Of a stretch of 55,280 nucleotides of DNA, positions 28,147 through 37,238 are shown piece by piece. The stretch is from an uncultured Bacilli bacterium. Its GTDB lineage: Bacteria > Bacillota_I > Bacilli_A > RF39 > UBA660. The notes beneath the pieces were generated by a model. It did no database searches. It was given only the letters and a program-made list of their open reading frames with translations, and had not been told where the DNA came from. Both the position numbers and the translations under genes were made by a program. The DNA lies in the NCBI GenBank assembly GCA_944358825.1, contig CALVSA010000004.1:1-55280 (forward strand), given 5' to 3'. Position 1 is the stretch's first letter. Every line of letters starts with the position of its first letter.

Positions 28147-28788
28147 CTAGTTATTTTTTATTTTTCTTAATAAATTATCTTCATCATATCTATTTATAAA
28201 ATTTTTAAATCCATTTATAAATATATTCCAATTATTTGGAATCATATCGTGTCCATTAAAACATTCTGAAAGTCCATTATAATACTCTAACTTTAATATC
28301 CATTTATAATTATCATAATCTTTATTGATATATTCTTTATTCCAAAAGTTTATTTTAGAATTAGTTATACTATCTAGTATTTTAATTTTATCTTTATTAG
28401 TAATTATTTCTTGATTAATTAATTGATAGTTCTTTTTAAATAAAAATGTCGGTTTATCATCAAATATAAATTCATACTTATATCTTGCTTTACTTAACAT
28501 AAATACTAATGTTATTTTACTAATATCTACTGCATATAAGTTTTCTATTGAATTAAATGATTTATGACATTTATTACAATACTTATTATGATTATGATCA
28601 GTTATAAGAGTTCCATCATAGTTTAACCTTTTAGGTTTTCTTTTTCTTTCTGAATATTTTACTTCATCATTATTCTTTTTAATAAAAGTATTATTATTAT
28701 TATTATTATTATCATTATATCTATAAAGATAAATAACACTTGTTGTATCCTTACTGTTACAATAAGGACAAGTCATTTTTGCTCCCAT
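28147..28788 (-). CDS. Hypothetical Zn-ribbon protein at the element right end
   Basis: CPYC...CNKC; poly-Asn from an AAT microsatellite; decayed paralog at 31846-32373. Confidence 0.75.
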   Translation of the reverse strand: MGAKMTCPYCNSKDTTSVIYLYRYNDNNNNNNNTFIKKNNDEVKYSERKRKPKRLNYDGTLITDHNHNKYCNKCHKSFNSIENLYAVDISKITLVFMLSKARYKYEFIFDDKPTFLFKKNYQLINQEIITNKDKIKILDSITNSKINFWNKEYINKDYDNYKWILKLEYYNGLSECFNGHDMIPNNWNIFINGFKNFINRYDEDNLLRKIKNN

Positions 28789-28830
28789 ATTTATTACACC
28801 TTTCCTGGAATCTTATAACCTTTGCAAATA

Positions 28831-28855
28831 TTCTCGCACCAAGGGTAATAGCGGA
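28831..28855. other. Right attachment junction of element 3
   Basis: TTCTCGCACCAAGGGTAATAG-C-GGA, followed by permease codons GTT ATT ATG GGA. Confidence 0.9.
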
Positions 28856-29032
28856 GTTATTATGGGAGAATTTCTAGTATCAAAAGAAGGTTTAGGATAT
28901 TTAATAATGTATGGATCTCAAGTGTTTAATCTTAATTTAGTAATCAGTGGAATTATTATTTTAATGATAGTATCTTATCTTATGTACTTATTTGTTAATT
29001 ACATAGAAAAATTATTAATCAAAAACAAATAA
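28853..29032 (+). CDS. 3' part of split permease, copy 1 (59 aa; not in ORF track)
   Basis: GVIMGEFLVSKEGLGYLIMYGSQVFNLNLVISGIIILMIVSYLMYLFVNYIEKLLIKNK*, typical of a NitT/TauT permease C-terminus. Confidence 0.92.
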   Translation, partial: GVIMGEFLVSKEGLGYLIMYGSQVFNLNLVISGIIILMIVSYLMYLFVNYIEKLLIKNK

Positions 29033-29058
29033 ACCATCTCTGGTTTATTTTAATTATA
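28854..29058. repeat. 205-bp direct repeat, copy 1
   Basis: Identical by eye to 32446-32650. Confidence 0.92.
29027..29051 (+). terminator. Intrinsic terminator of the ABC operon (also at ~32619 and ~33969)
   Basis: AAATAAACCA-TCTC-TGGTTTATTT hairpin over the permease stop. Confidence 0.7.
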
Positions 29059-29223
29059 TCAAAAGAAAAGTAGATCACATTCTTTTTATGTGTCTACTTT
29101 TACTTTATCACTTCAAAAAAACATCTCTCAAACTCAATTCTTTTATAATTATCCTATAATACTATATTACCACGTTTTATAGGAACATAAATGGCACGCT
29201 ATCGAAAAAGTGACGCATGCTTG

Positions 29224-29631
29224 TTAATTATCACTAAAACTTATTTTTATTTCTTCAATTATATGACCAATATTTCCCTCACCAGCATATTTACTCATGT
29301 CAAAAAAATCGTCATTAATATCTACCCATTCAAGTTTATTGACTTCTTCAATTAATTCTACATCTTTATTTAATACCCCATAATAAACTTCAATAATTTT
29401 ATCAAAAGATATATATTCAATATTCATGAAATGCGAAAGAGAAGTATCTTTTCTTGTTATAGCAGTCTCTTCTTCTAGTTCTCTATATGCTTCATTTAAT
29501 CCATCATTTTCTTTTTGTATTTTTCCACCAACTAAATTATACATTCCTATGTAAGGTTCCTTTGTTCTTTTACACATAAGTGTTTGTGTTAAATCTTTAT
29601 TAAATATTACAATTACATTATATTTTTTCAT
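29224..29631 (-). CDS. NUDIX hydrolase
   Basis: GGKIQKENDGLNEAYRELEEETAI Nudix box. Confidence 0.88.
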   Translation of the reverse strand: MKKYNVIVIFNKDLTQTLMCKRTKEPYIGMYNLVGGKIQKENDGLNEAYRELEEETAITRKDTSLSHFMNIEYISFDKIIEVYYGVLNKDVELIEEVNKLEWVDINDDFFDMSKYAGEGNIGHIIEEIKISFSDN

Positions 29632-29687
29632 AATTTCCCTACTTTCTTGTATTAATCAGTCACTTTTTTTATCTCATTTTTAAAATA

Positions 29688-30005
29688 TTATCCCAACTTG
29701 TCGTCTTCACAATATATATAGCAACCTTTTATTCCACGAGTTAAAAGAACTCTATAGGCATTTTTTATTAAATTAGTTGCTATAGCATTTGCCTTGTCAA
29801 AATCTTCTTTATATAACCTTTTAACTCTTTTAAATGAAGGGGCTACAGAACCATGATTAGAAAAATCTGCAACAACATTATTACCTATATACTGCAATCC
29901 ATTCCAACAATAACCAACAACTATTCTAGATAAAGAATATTTATTTTTTTCATACTTTCTTTCAATTTATATGAATAAATAACACTTGGAGCAGTATTTC
30001 TAGAA
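29688..30005 (-). pseudogene. Multiply deleted remnant of a DUF2075-like helicase
   Basis: Fragments NTAPSVIY, SRIVVGYCW and IKNAYRVLLTRGIKGCYIYCED juxtaposed. Confidence 0.6.
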
Positions 30006-30112
30006 ACATACTAACATATTTTATTTTAACATTTACACCTATTTCTAAATATCTTTTGTTCTATAAAAATTCTGCAAATCTCTGCAAAAAGTTCTGCAAA
30101 TCTCTGCGAAAA

Positions 30113-31789
30113 TTATTTTTTTAAAATCCATATAGGCTTTGAATCAGAACCTATATTTTCAATTCTATTTTCTTTTTTCAACATAGTTAACAAATAACGA
30201 ACTCTATTATTTTTATTTTTTTCTGTCATATTTACTGGTAATTTTGGATATATTAATTTATTAATATCATCTCTATTGGCTTTTTCAAAATTTTCTATAT
30301 AAGTTATAATATAATCCTTATAATATGAGTTATCTAATCCTTTATTATCTATATACTCATCTTTTTTATTGGTTATTTTAGCTATATCTGATGATATATA
30401 AATATTAGGATATCTACCTTCTATTAAATTATCTTTTCTTAAATAATCACTTTGTTCTTTTGTTATTTCATATCCTTTTTGAACTCTATCTAAAAGCATT
30501 ACTTTTTCAATATCTAAATTAGTTTTTTCAAATAATATTTTACTATATTTTTCATCTATTACTTTTCCATATAAAGTTACTTTAACCCTATTATCGACGC
30601 TTAAGTCATAATCAGGCATTGGAAAAAACTTTCTTTTTTGGATATCATAAACTCTTCTTATCCCACTTCCAACAGTATCAATCATATTTAAATTTACCAT
30701 TGCATTTGCCAAAAATTGATTTTTATAATATGGTGATGAAAAACCATCTTTTAAAACATTTTCAACTGTTTCAGGAATAAAATTTCCCTCATTTGTAATG
30801 ATTAATTTATCTTTATATTCCATAACATTAATATTTCCATGAAGTCTATAATCCTGATGAACAATACAATTATTAATTAACTCACGTAAAATATAATTAT
30901 CGTATTGATCTACTTCATTTGGAAATAAAGTATTTTCATTAACCATATATCTATATCTTAAATTTCTAATTTTTGATTTTAATTTTTCTACATTTACAAT
31001 AAACGGAATACCAAAGTGTTCATAATCAACAACATTTATTTCGTCATATAATTTCCATGTCATTTTAGGATTATATCCATTCATTAAATAATCATCTTCA
31101 TTTTTCCCTAAAAGTAGCATACAAGCCATAGTAATTTTCCCATTTAGAGTAAGTTTTACTTTATTTAAAAAATCTATATCGGATATATTATCAATTTCAT
31201 TTGCTACTTCTTTTCCTTCATATTTTTTCTTAAATTGTTCACGTGCTAATTTGATTGCTTCTTCATCAATATTATCAATTGTTGCTTCATAAATTATTTG
31301 TCTAGACCAATCATAATTTGCAGTTGCTTTTATTTGTTCTATTTTATTTGATGCAAGTGGCATAAGAGATTCTCCGGCTCTACCGTAGGCAAAACCTTTC
31401 CAATTAATAGGAACTCCAGATGCTGCAGGCACTTGAAACATAATAACTCTTTTATCGTCCTTATAAATTGAATATATTTCAATGAAAGTTATATTATCTG
31501 TTGTATTATCTGCTATTTGTTTTTTGATTTTATTAAAATTATTATCATATAAAAAATTTGTACCTATTAAATTATGTGTTTTATCATCAACACCAAAAAT
31601 AATCCAAGAATATTGCTTATTCTTCAAATTAGCTTCATTTCCAAGTGCTGAAAAATATTTACCCAATAAATCTATATCAAAATCATTTTTAGCACGTTTA
31701 AATTCTACACATTCATTTTCTTTGTTTGCTAATAATTCATCTAATATATCTAAAAGTTCATCATTATTTTTATACAAGTAAATCACCAA
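30113..31789 (-). CDS. AlbA_2/Schlafen domain + HATPase_c_4 + HTH protein
   Basis: ENECVEFK, SALGN, IIFGVDD, RELINNCIVHQDY, ITNEG, DTVGSGI motifs. Confidence 0.85.
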   Translation of the reverse strand: MVIYLYKNNDELLDILDELLANKENECVEFKRAKNDFDIDLLGKYFSALGNEANLKNKQYSWIIFGVDDKTHNLIGTNFLYDNNFNKIKKQIADNTTDNITFIEIYSIYKDDKRVIMFQVPAASGVPINWKGFAYGRAGESLMPLASNKIEQIKATANYDWSRQIIYEATIDNIDEEAIKLAREQFKKKYEGKEVANEIDNISDIDFLNKVKLTLNGKITMACMLLLGKNEDDYLMNGYNPKMTWKLYDEINVVDYEHFGIPFIVNVEKLKSKIRNLRYRYMVNENTLFPNEVDQYDNYILRELINNCIVHQDYRLHGNINVMEYKDKLIITNEGNFIPETVENVLKDGFSSPYYKNQFLANAMVNLNMIDTVGSGIRRVYDIQKRKFFPMPDYDLSVDNRVKVTLYGKVIDEKYSKILFEKTNLDIEKVMLLDRVQKGYEITKEQSDYLRKDNLIEGRYPNIYISSDIAKITNKKDEYIDNKGLDNSYYKDYIITYIENFEKANRDDINKLIYPKLPVNMTEKNKNNRVRYLLTMLKKENRIENIGSDSKPIWILKK

Positions 31790-31845
31790 CTTTCTAATAA
31801 TATTTTACCATAAATAATTACTATTAATGTCTAAATTTTACATAA

Positions 31846-32373
31846 TTATAAATTTATTTCTAATATATTATCTTTATCATATTTTTTTATTAAATCTATA
31901 AATCCATTTATAATTATCAAAGTTTTGACTAATATATTCTTTATTCCAAAATTTTATTTTAGATTTTGGAATGCTATCTAAAATTTTTATTTTATCTTTA
32001 TTTAACTATATTTCTTGGTTTACAAATTCATAGTTTCTTTTAATTATGAAAGTTAGATTATCATTAAGTATAAATTCAAATTTATATCTAATTTTATTTA
32101 ATATAAATACTAATGTTATTTTGCTTATATCTACTGCATATATTTACTAGAATTAAATGATTTATTACATTTTTTACAATATTTATTATAATTATGATCA
32201 GTTATAAATGTTCCATCATAATTTTTTCTTTTAGGCTTTCTTATTTTCTCTGAATATTTAACTTCTTCATTATTATTTTTTACAAATGTATTATTATCAT
32301 TATACCTATACAGATAAATAATACTTATAGTCTCCTTACTATTACAAAAAGGGCAAGTCATTTTTGCTCCCAT
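31846..32373 (-). pseudogene. Frameshifted and deleted paralog of the 28147-28788 Zn-ribbon gene
   Basis: MGAKMTCPFC start; frameshift near 32140; continues YAVDISKITLVF...KINFWNKEYI with an internal deletion. Confidence 0.85.
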
Positions 32374-32423
32374 TATTACTACTATTTCCTTTCTTTTTAA
32401 GAATCTTATAACCCTTATCTATT

Positions 32424-32447
32424 TTCTCCCTATGGGGTAATAGCAGA
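32424..32447. other. Second, diverged right att junction
   Basis: TTCTCCCTATGGGGTAATAG-C-AGA-GTT; homologous arm, core AGA instead of GGA. Confidence 0.8.
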
Positions 32448-32664
32448 GTTATTATGGGAGAATTTCTAGTATCAAAAGAAGGTTTAGGATATTTAATAAT
32501 GTATGGATCTCAAGTGTTTAATCTTAATTTAGTAATCAGTGGAATTATTATTTTAATGATAGTATCTTATCTTATGTACTTATTTGTTAATTACATAGAA
32601 AAATTATTAATCAAAAACAAATAAACCATCTCTGGTTTATTTTAATTATACATAAAGTCTATTT
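32446..32664 (+). repeat. Permease 3' part + terminator, copy 2
   Basis: 32446-32650 equals 28854-29058 (codons 32448-32624); 32599-32664 equals 33949-34014. Confidence 0.92.
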
Positions 32665-32746
32665 CAGCCAAAGAAAAATTAGAAATACTATCTAAATATA
32701 TTTTTTCTTTTATAATATCAAAAGTGTTTTCTCTTTTTATTATCAT

Positions 32747-33238
32747 TTATTTTTCTTCTTTATAAGTAATAAATTGTAATTCTTTTTTATTAATATTTTC
32801 TAATTGTTCTTTAAGAAAATCAGGTTTTATTGGGGATGTTCTTAATTCTTCTAATTTAAACCATTTAAATACCAAATTTTCTTGGTCTTCTATTCCATCA
32901 AATTCGTTATTTTTTAATATCCATTCATCATCTTTTACTAAAACTTTATGTCCAAAAATAAATTGATGATATTTATCTTTCCCAAATTCAAAGAAATATT
33001 CTGATATATTTGATACTTCACTAACATTAAATTTATTTAAACCTAGTTCTTCTTCTAATTCTCTTATAACAGTTTCTTTAGTAGTTTCTCCTACCCTTAT
33101 TTTTCCACCTGGTAAAGCCCAAAATTCATCTTGCTTTCTTTTTTGGAATAAAATATTATCATTATTTATAATAATTGCTACTGCACGACAATTTAATATA
33201 TAATCTTCTATTCTTATATTTATATCCCTATTTTTCAT
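32747..33238 (-). CDS. NUDIX hydrolase
   Basis: WALPGGKIRVGETTKETVIRELEEELGL Nudix box. Confidence 0.9.
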   Translation of the reverse strand: MKNRDINIRIEDYILNCRAVAIIINNDNILFQKRKQDEFWALPGGKIRVGETTKETVIRELEEELGLNKFNVSEVSNISEYFFEFGKDKYHQFIFGHKVLVKDDEWILKNNEFDGIEDQENLVFKWFKLEELRTSPIKPDFLKEQLENINKKELQFITYKEEK

Positions 33239-33240
33239 AT

Positions 33241-33405
33241 TTATTTTCTCCTCATTCTTCTTATATATTTTTTATTTCTATGACATTCATCTATATAATC
33301 AATCAAATCGTTAACCATAAAATTTGGAGCAATATTTTCACTTAATATTTGTTCCTTATCAAGCCATTTAAATACTAAACATTTACCTTTTTCTTTAATA
33401 CATTT
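33241..33405 (-). pseudogene. C-terminal remnant of another NUDIX-like gene
   Basis: ..EKGKCLVFKWLDKEQILSENIAPNFM.. resembles LVFKWFKLEELRTSPIKPDFL of the adjacent NUDIX. Confidence 0.5.
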
Positions 33406-33870
33406 ATTTCAGCAACAGTATTATTTGAAATAGCATAATGCATTTTATTTTGAACAGTCTTGAAAAAATTAATTGTAATTTCTTTTTTTGGATTATAATC
33501 AACTGAAGTTACATATATATAATATTTTTCTCCAAAAAACTTTTTCACTTGTTCTTATATCTCTTATTTTATCAAGAAGTTCATCAAAGTAAGGATCATT
33601 ACCATTATTTTTAAATCTTTCTACATTTAGATTATATCCTTTTACTAAATAATGTTTTAATTTATCATTAGCCCATATTCTAAATTTAGTACCTTGATTA
33701 GATTTCACACGAAAACCAATAGCAATTATCATTTCAAGATTATAATAATTCGTTGGTTTAGTAGAAAATTCGGAATTCCCGAATTTCCTCATAGTAGTTA
33801 CCTCTGATAATTTGTGTTCCAAATAAATATTCTTTATATGCTAATTAATTGTAGATTTAGCTTTATAACA
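33405..33870 (-). pseudogene. RhuM-family pseudogene
   Basis: KSTIN*HIKNI, YYNLEMIIAIGFRV, IRDIRTSEKVF, then frameshifted FFKTVQNKMHYA; truncated at both ends. Confidence 0.85.
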
Positions 33871-33948
33871 AGTATATCACAAAATAATAAAAACAAATCA
33901 AAAAACTAACGTATATCTTTTTTAATAAATATCAAATCACTTTATCCA

Positions 33949-34014
33949 AAAAATTATTAATCAAAAACAAATAAACCATCTCTGGTTTATTTTAATTATA
34001 CATAAAGTCTATTT
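33949..34014. repeat. 66-bp third copy of the permease tip + terminator + Cof stop
   Basis: Identical to 32599-32664; continues into the Cof gene 3' end, so it marks the native chromosomal junction. Confidence 0.9.
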
Positions 34015-34794
34015 ATCTAAAAACTTATCCAAAAAAGCAACTATTCCATCTTCATTATTAGATAAAGTTATATACTTGGCTTTATCTTTAACTTCAGAAA
34101 CAGCATTTTTCATTGCAACACCACATCCTACTGATTCAATTAATTCAACATCATTTAATCCATCACCAAAAAAGATAATTTCTTCTAACTTAATATTAAG
34201 ACTTAAAGCTAATTTTTCCAAAATATTTTTTTTATTTATTCCTTTTGGATTAACACTAATTCTCTTATTATTACTACCAGAATCTTGCATAATAAAACAA
34301 TTTACATCCAAATATTTATTTCTAATAAAATCATTATAATAATTAATATCAAATTCATTATTAATAATAATATTAATTCTCATAATATCTTCTTTTATTT
34401 TATCCAAACTATTTATTTTCTTATCAAAAAAATATCTAAAAGGAAACTTACCCTTATAATAGAAATAATTATAATTAGAAATAACAATTATATCATTACT
34501 TACATTTTTTACATCATTAATTATATTTAAAACACTATCTTTTGATATTACCCCTAAAGTTTCTCCTTTTTTAAGCCTAACATCATATAAATAAGCACCA
34601 TTGTTAACAATTAAATAATCAAATAAATTTATATCAACTACTGCTTTTGCACTATTAAAATTACGCGCTGTTACAGCTACAATTAGATAGCCTTTTTCCC
34701 TTAAACTTTTAAACTTATTAATAGTTTTTATAGACATCATTTTCTTATCATCTAATAAAGTCCCATCAAAATCAACCGCGATTAATTTATACAT
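34009..34794 (-). CDS. Cof-type HAD-IIB hydrolase
   Basis: AVDFDGTLL, FGDGLNDVEL, SNNEDGI. Confidence 0.92.
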   Translation of the reverse strand: MYKLIAVDFDGTLLDDKKMMSIKTINKFKSLREKGYLIVAVTARNFNSAKAVVDINLFDYLIVNNGAYLYDVRLKKGETLGVISKDSVLNIINDVKNVSNDIIVISNYNYFYYKGKFPFRYFFDKKINSLDKIKEDIMRINIIINNEFDINYYNDFIRNKYLDVNCFIMQDSGSNNKRISVNPKGINKKNILEKLALSLNIKLEEIIFFGDGLNDVELIESVGCGVAMKNAVSEVKDKAKYITLSNNEDGIVAFLDKFLDK

Positions 34795-34820
34795 AATTAC
34801 CCAAAAAAGTAACAACAATG

Positions 34821-36281
34821 CTACTTTTTTTCCTTTAAAATTTCTAAAACAACTTCTTTATCATCAAAATGGTGTTTTACACCTTCAATTTCTTGATAAT
34901 CTTCATGCCCTTTACCTAATAATAAGATAATATCACCAGTTTGCGCATTATCTAAAGCATATTTAATAGCTTCCCTTCGATCAACAATAGTTATATATTT
35001 ACCACCAGTTTTAGTTAAAGTAGATAAAATATCATTAATAATAGCTTCCGGCTCTTCAAATCGTGGATTATCACTAGTTACAATAGAAAAATCTGCTAAA
35101 CGACCTGATACTTCTCCCATTTCATACCTACGCTCTTTACTACGGTTGCCACCACAACCAAAAATAGTAATTAATCTTTTAGGATTGTATTCACGCATCG
35201 TTGTTAAAATACTCTCCATAGCAACACCATTATGAGCATAATCAATAATAAATGTTACTCCATCCAAAACAGATACTGGCTCTACTCTACCTTTAACAGA
35301 AAAATCAACTAAAGCTTTTTTCATATCTTCTACATCAATACCAAGCAAATGACAAACACTAATTGCACAAGATGCATTATAAGAAGAAAATTTACCTGGA
35401 GTATTAACTCTTATTACATCGTTTATATCATTAGCTAGTTCCATATCTATTCCAATCGACTTTTTATCACGAATTAATTCAACATTCTTAATATAAACAT
35501 TAGCCTCTTTATTATAACCAAAAGTATAAATATCACAAGTAGCATTTTTAATCATATTATTATAATTCTTATCATCCATATTAAATACTCCATGCTTACA
35601 TCTTTGAAACAGTAAAGCCTTAGAAGAAATATAATCTTCAATAGTCGGATGCTCAAAATCACTAATATGATCATGTGTTAAATTAGTAAAAACTCCATAA
35701 TCAAAAACAAATCCATCACAACGATTATATTTTAAAGCCTGTGAAGATACTTCCATAACCATATATTCCATTTTAGCATCAACCATTTGACGAATATATT
35801 TTTGTACTTCATAAGATTCAGGAGTAGTATTATCTAAAGGAATATAAACATCATTATAAAATACTCCATTAGTTCCCATTAATCCAATTTTTTTACCTGC
35901 ACATTCCATAATTTTTTTAATCATAAATGTAGTAGTAGTCTTTCCTTTAGTACCAGTAACACCAATTGTTACTATCTTATCTGTTGGATTTTCAAAATAA
36001 TTAGCAGATATAATAGATAAAGCTTCTCTTGTATTTTTAACTTTAATTACAGTAATATTTTCATCAACTTCTACATCTTTTGATACAACAATGCAACTTG
36101 CTCCTTTAGAAATTGCATCATATATATATTTATGCCCATCAGTATTATAACCAACTAATGCAACAAAAATAGTATCTCGACTAATTTTTCTTGAATCATA
36201 AATAATATCACTAATATCTTTCTCGATACTTCCTTGCACTAATTTGTAATCTAAATTTTTTAAAATTTTTTCTAATTTCAT
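34821..36281 (-). CDS. murE: UDP-MurNAc-tripeptide synthetase
   Basis: GVTGTKGKTT, TTPES, MEVSS, DYAH, DNPR (DAP-type), GKGHEDYQ. Confidence 0.95.
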   Translation of the reverse strand: MKLEKILKNLDYKLVQGSIEKDISDIIYDSRKISRDTIFVALVGYNTDGHKYIYDAISKGASCIVVSKDVEVDENITVIKVKNTREALSIISANYFENPTDKIVTIGVTGTKGKTTTTFMIKKIMECAGKKIGLMGTNGVFYNDVYIPLDNTTPESYEVQKYIRQMVDAKMEYMVMEVSSQALKYNRCDGFVFDYGVFTNLTHDHISDFEHPTIEDYISSKALLFQRCKHGVFNMDDKNYNNMIKNATCDIYTFGYNKEANVYIKNVELIRDKKSIGIDMELANDINDVIRVNTPGKFSSYNASCAISVCHLLGIDVEDMKKALVDFSVKGRVEPVSVLDGVTFIIDYAHNGVAMESILTTMREYNPKRLITIFGCGGNRSKERRYEMGEVSGRLADFSIVTSDNPRFEEPEAIINDILSTLTKTGGKYITIVDRREAIKYALDNAQTGDIILLLGKGHEDYQEIEGVKHHFDDKEVVLEILKEKK

Positions 36282-36304
36282 ATAAAACCTCCACTAATAT
36301 ATAG

Positions 36305-37225
36305 TTAATCATGTAAATAATTATTCGCATCTACAATAACATTTTCTGCTTTTAATTCATCTTTAAAATCTTCAGCAAAAACTACTAGTTCTTTTTTTAT
36401 TACATCAGGATAAACTGCTTTAGTAAACCTAATAGCATCATATATATCTTTAAAACTAACATACTTACGATTATTATAAATAGCATTAGAAAAAGCCTGT
36501 CTAAGTATTACTAAAGCAATATCAGGATAACGAGAAGAAACCTCATAAACTCTTTTATATTCACTAGTCATATTAACAATAAATTTAGCTATTTTTTCCT
36601 TAATAAAATCAGTATATGGTAAAGTAACACCAGATTGTATTTCCAATTTAGGAATAGATTTCATAAGTATCTCAACACACATCTCCATAGTAGGCTCTGC
36701 CACATCAACCTTCTCAAAACGGCGCATAAAAGCCTTATCACGAACAATATAATGATCATATTCATATTCCGTTGTTGCACCAATCATCTTAATATCTCCA
36801 CGCCCTAATCCTTCTTTAAACATATTAGCCAAATCTAGAGCACCAGTTGCCTCATTACCAATTAAAGTATGAATCTCATCAATAAATAAAATTACTTTAG
36901 TTTGAGTCTTTAACTCTTCAATTAATCTAAATACTCGATTATCACCATTTTCCATACCTATTAAAGCCGAAGTATTAATTCTAAAAATTCTATAACCTTT
37001 TAGAGCATCAGGCACATCATTACACTGAATTTTATATGCTAATCCTTCAACTATTGCTGTTTTACCAATACCTGGTTTACCAACTAACATAGCTGATTTT
37101 TCTGGTGTAAGCAAAATCAAAATCATTTCCTTTATTTCTTTTTCACGAGCTATCGCAGGATTAGTAATATACATATTTTTAGTAAGCTCATATGCATAAC
37201 GAGCTAAAATACTATTTTGATCCAT
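36305..37225 (-). CDS. Stand-alone Clp-type AAA+ ATPase (first nucleotide-binding domain only)
   Basis: GKPGIGKT, LFIDEIHTLIG, IGATT, DKAFMRRFE, YPDIA; no N-domain or second ATPase domain. Confidence 0.85.
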   Translation of the reverse strand: MDQNSILARYAYELTKNMYITNPAIAREKEIKEMILILLTPEKSAMLVGKPGIGKTAIVEGLAYKIQCNDVPDALKGYRIFRINTSALIGMENGDNRVFRLIEELKTQTKVILFIDEIHTLIGNEATGALDLANMFKEGLGRGDIKMIGATTEYEYDHYIVRDKAFMRRFEKVDVAEPTMEMCVEILMKSIPKLEIQSGVTLPYTDFIKEKIAKFIVNMTSEYKRVYEVSSRYPDIALVILRQAFSNAIYNNRKYVSFKDIYDAIRFTKAVYPDVIKKELVVFAEDFKDELKAENVIVDANNYLHD

Positions 37226-37238
37226 CTAATCACTCTTT

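Larger units (their letters stand above)
14294..28855. mobile_element. Element 3: 14,559-bp integrative mobilisable element (LSR + MobV) interrupting the permease gene
   Basis: GGA core at 14294-14296 and 28853-28855; arms CTATTACCCCCGGTGGGAGAA (14297-14317) and TTCTCGCACCAAGGGTAATAG (28831-28851) are 18/21 inverted complements; joining gives ...MSLIG/VIMGEFLVS... Confidence 0.93.

Noticed and set aside
3574..28852. Introns or inteins as the explanation for the split genes
   Set aside because: No reverse transcriptase/maturase, homing endonuclease or in-frame intein; the inserts are multigene, bidirectional and bounded by att-like sites next to LSRs.
14294..28855. Prophage call for element 3
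   Set aside because: No terminase, capsid, tail or lysis genes; MobV plus oriT indicates a mobilisable element.
30066..30110. TTCTGCAAATCTCTGC repeated twice
   Set aside because: Only two units, in a decayed region; most likely a leftover low-complexity coding linker.
28854..32650. Pure assembly duplication
   Set aside because: The upstream flanks are homologous but diverged, and a third shorter copy has different endpoints. A strain chimera cannot be fully excluded without long reads.
28854..34014. CRISPR array or classical integron for the repeated segments
   Set aside because: The repeats are 66-205 bp of host coding/terminator sequence with kb-scale spacing; no cas genes, tyrosine integrase or attC structure.
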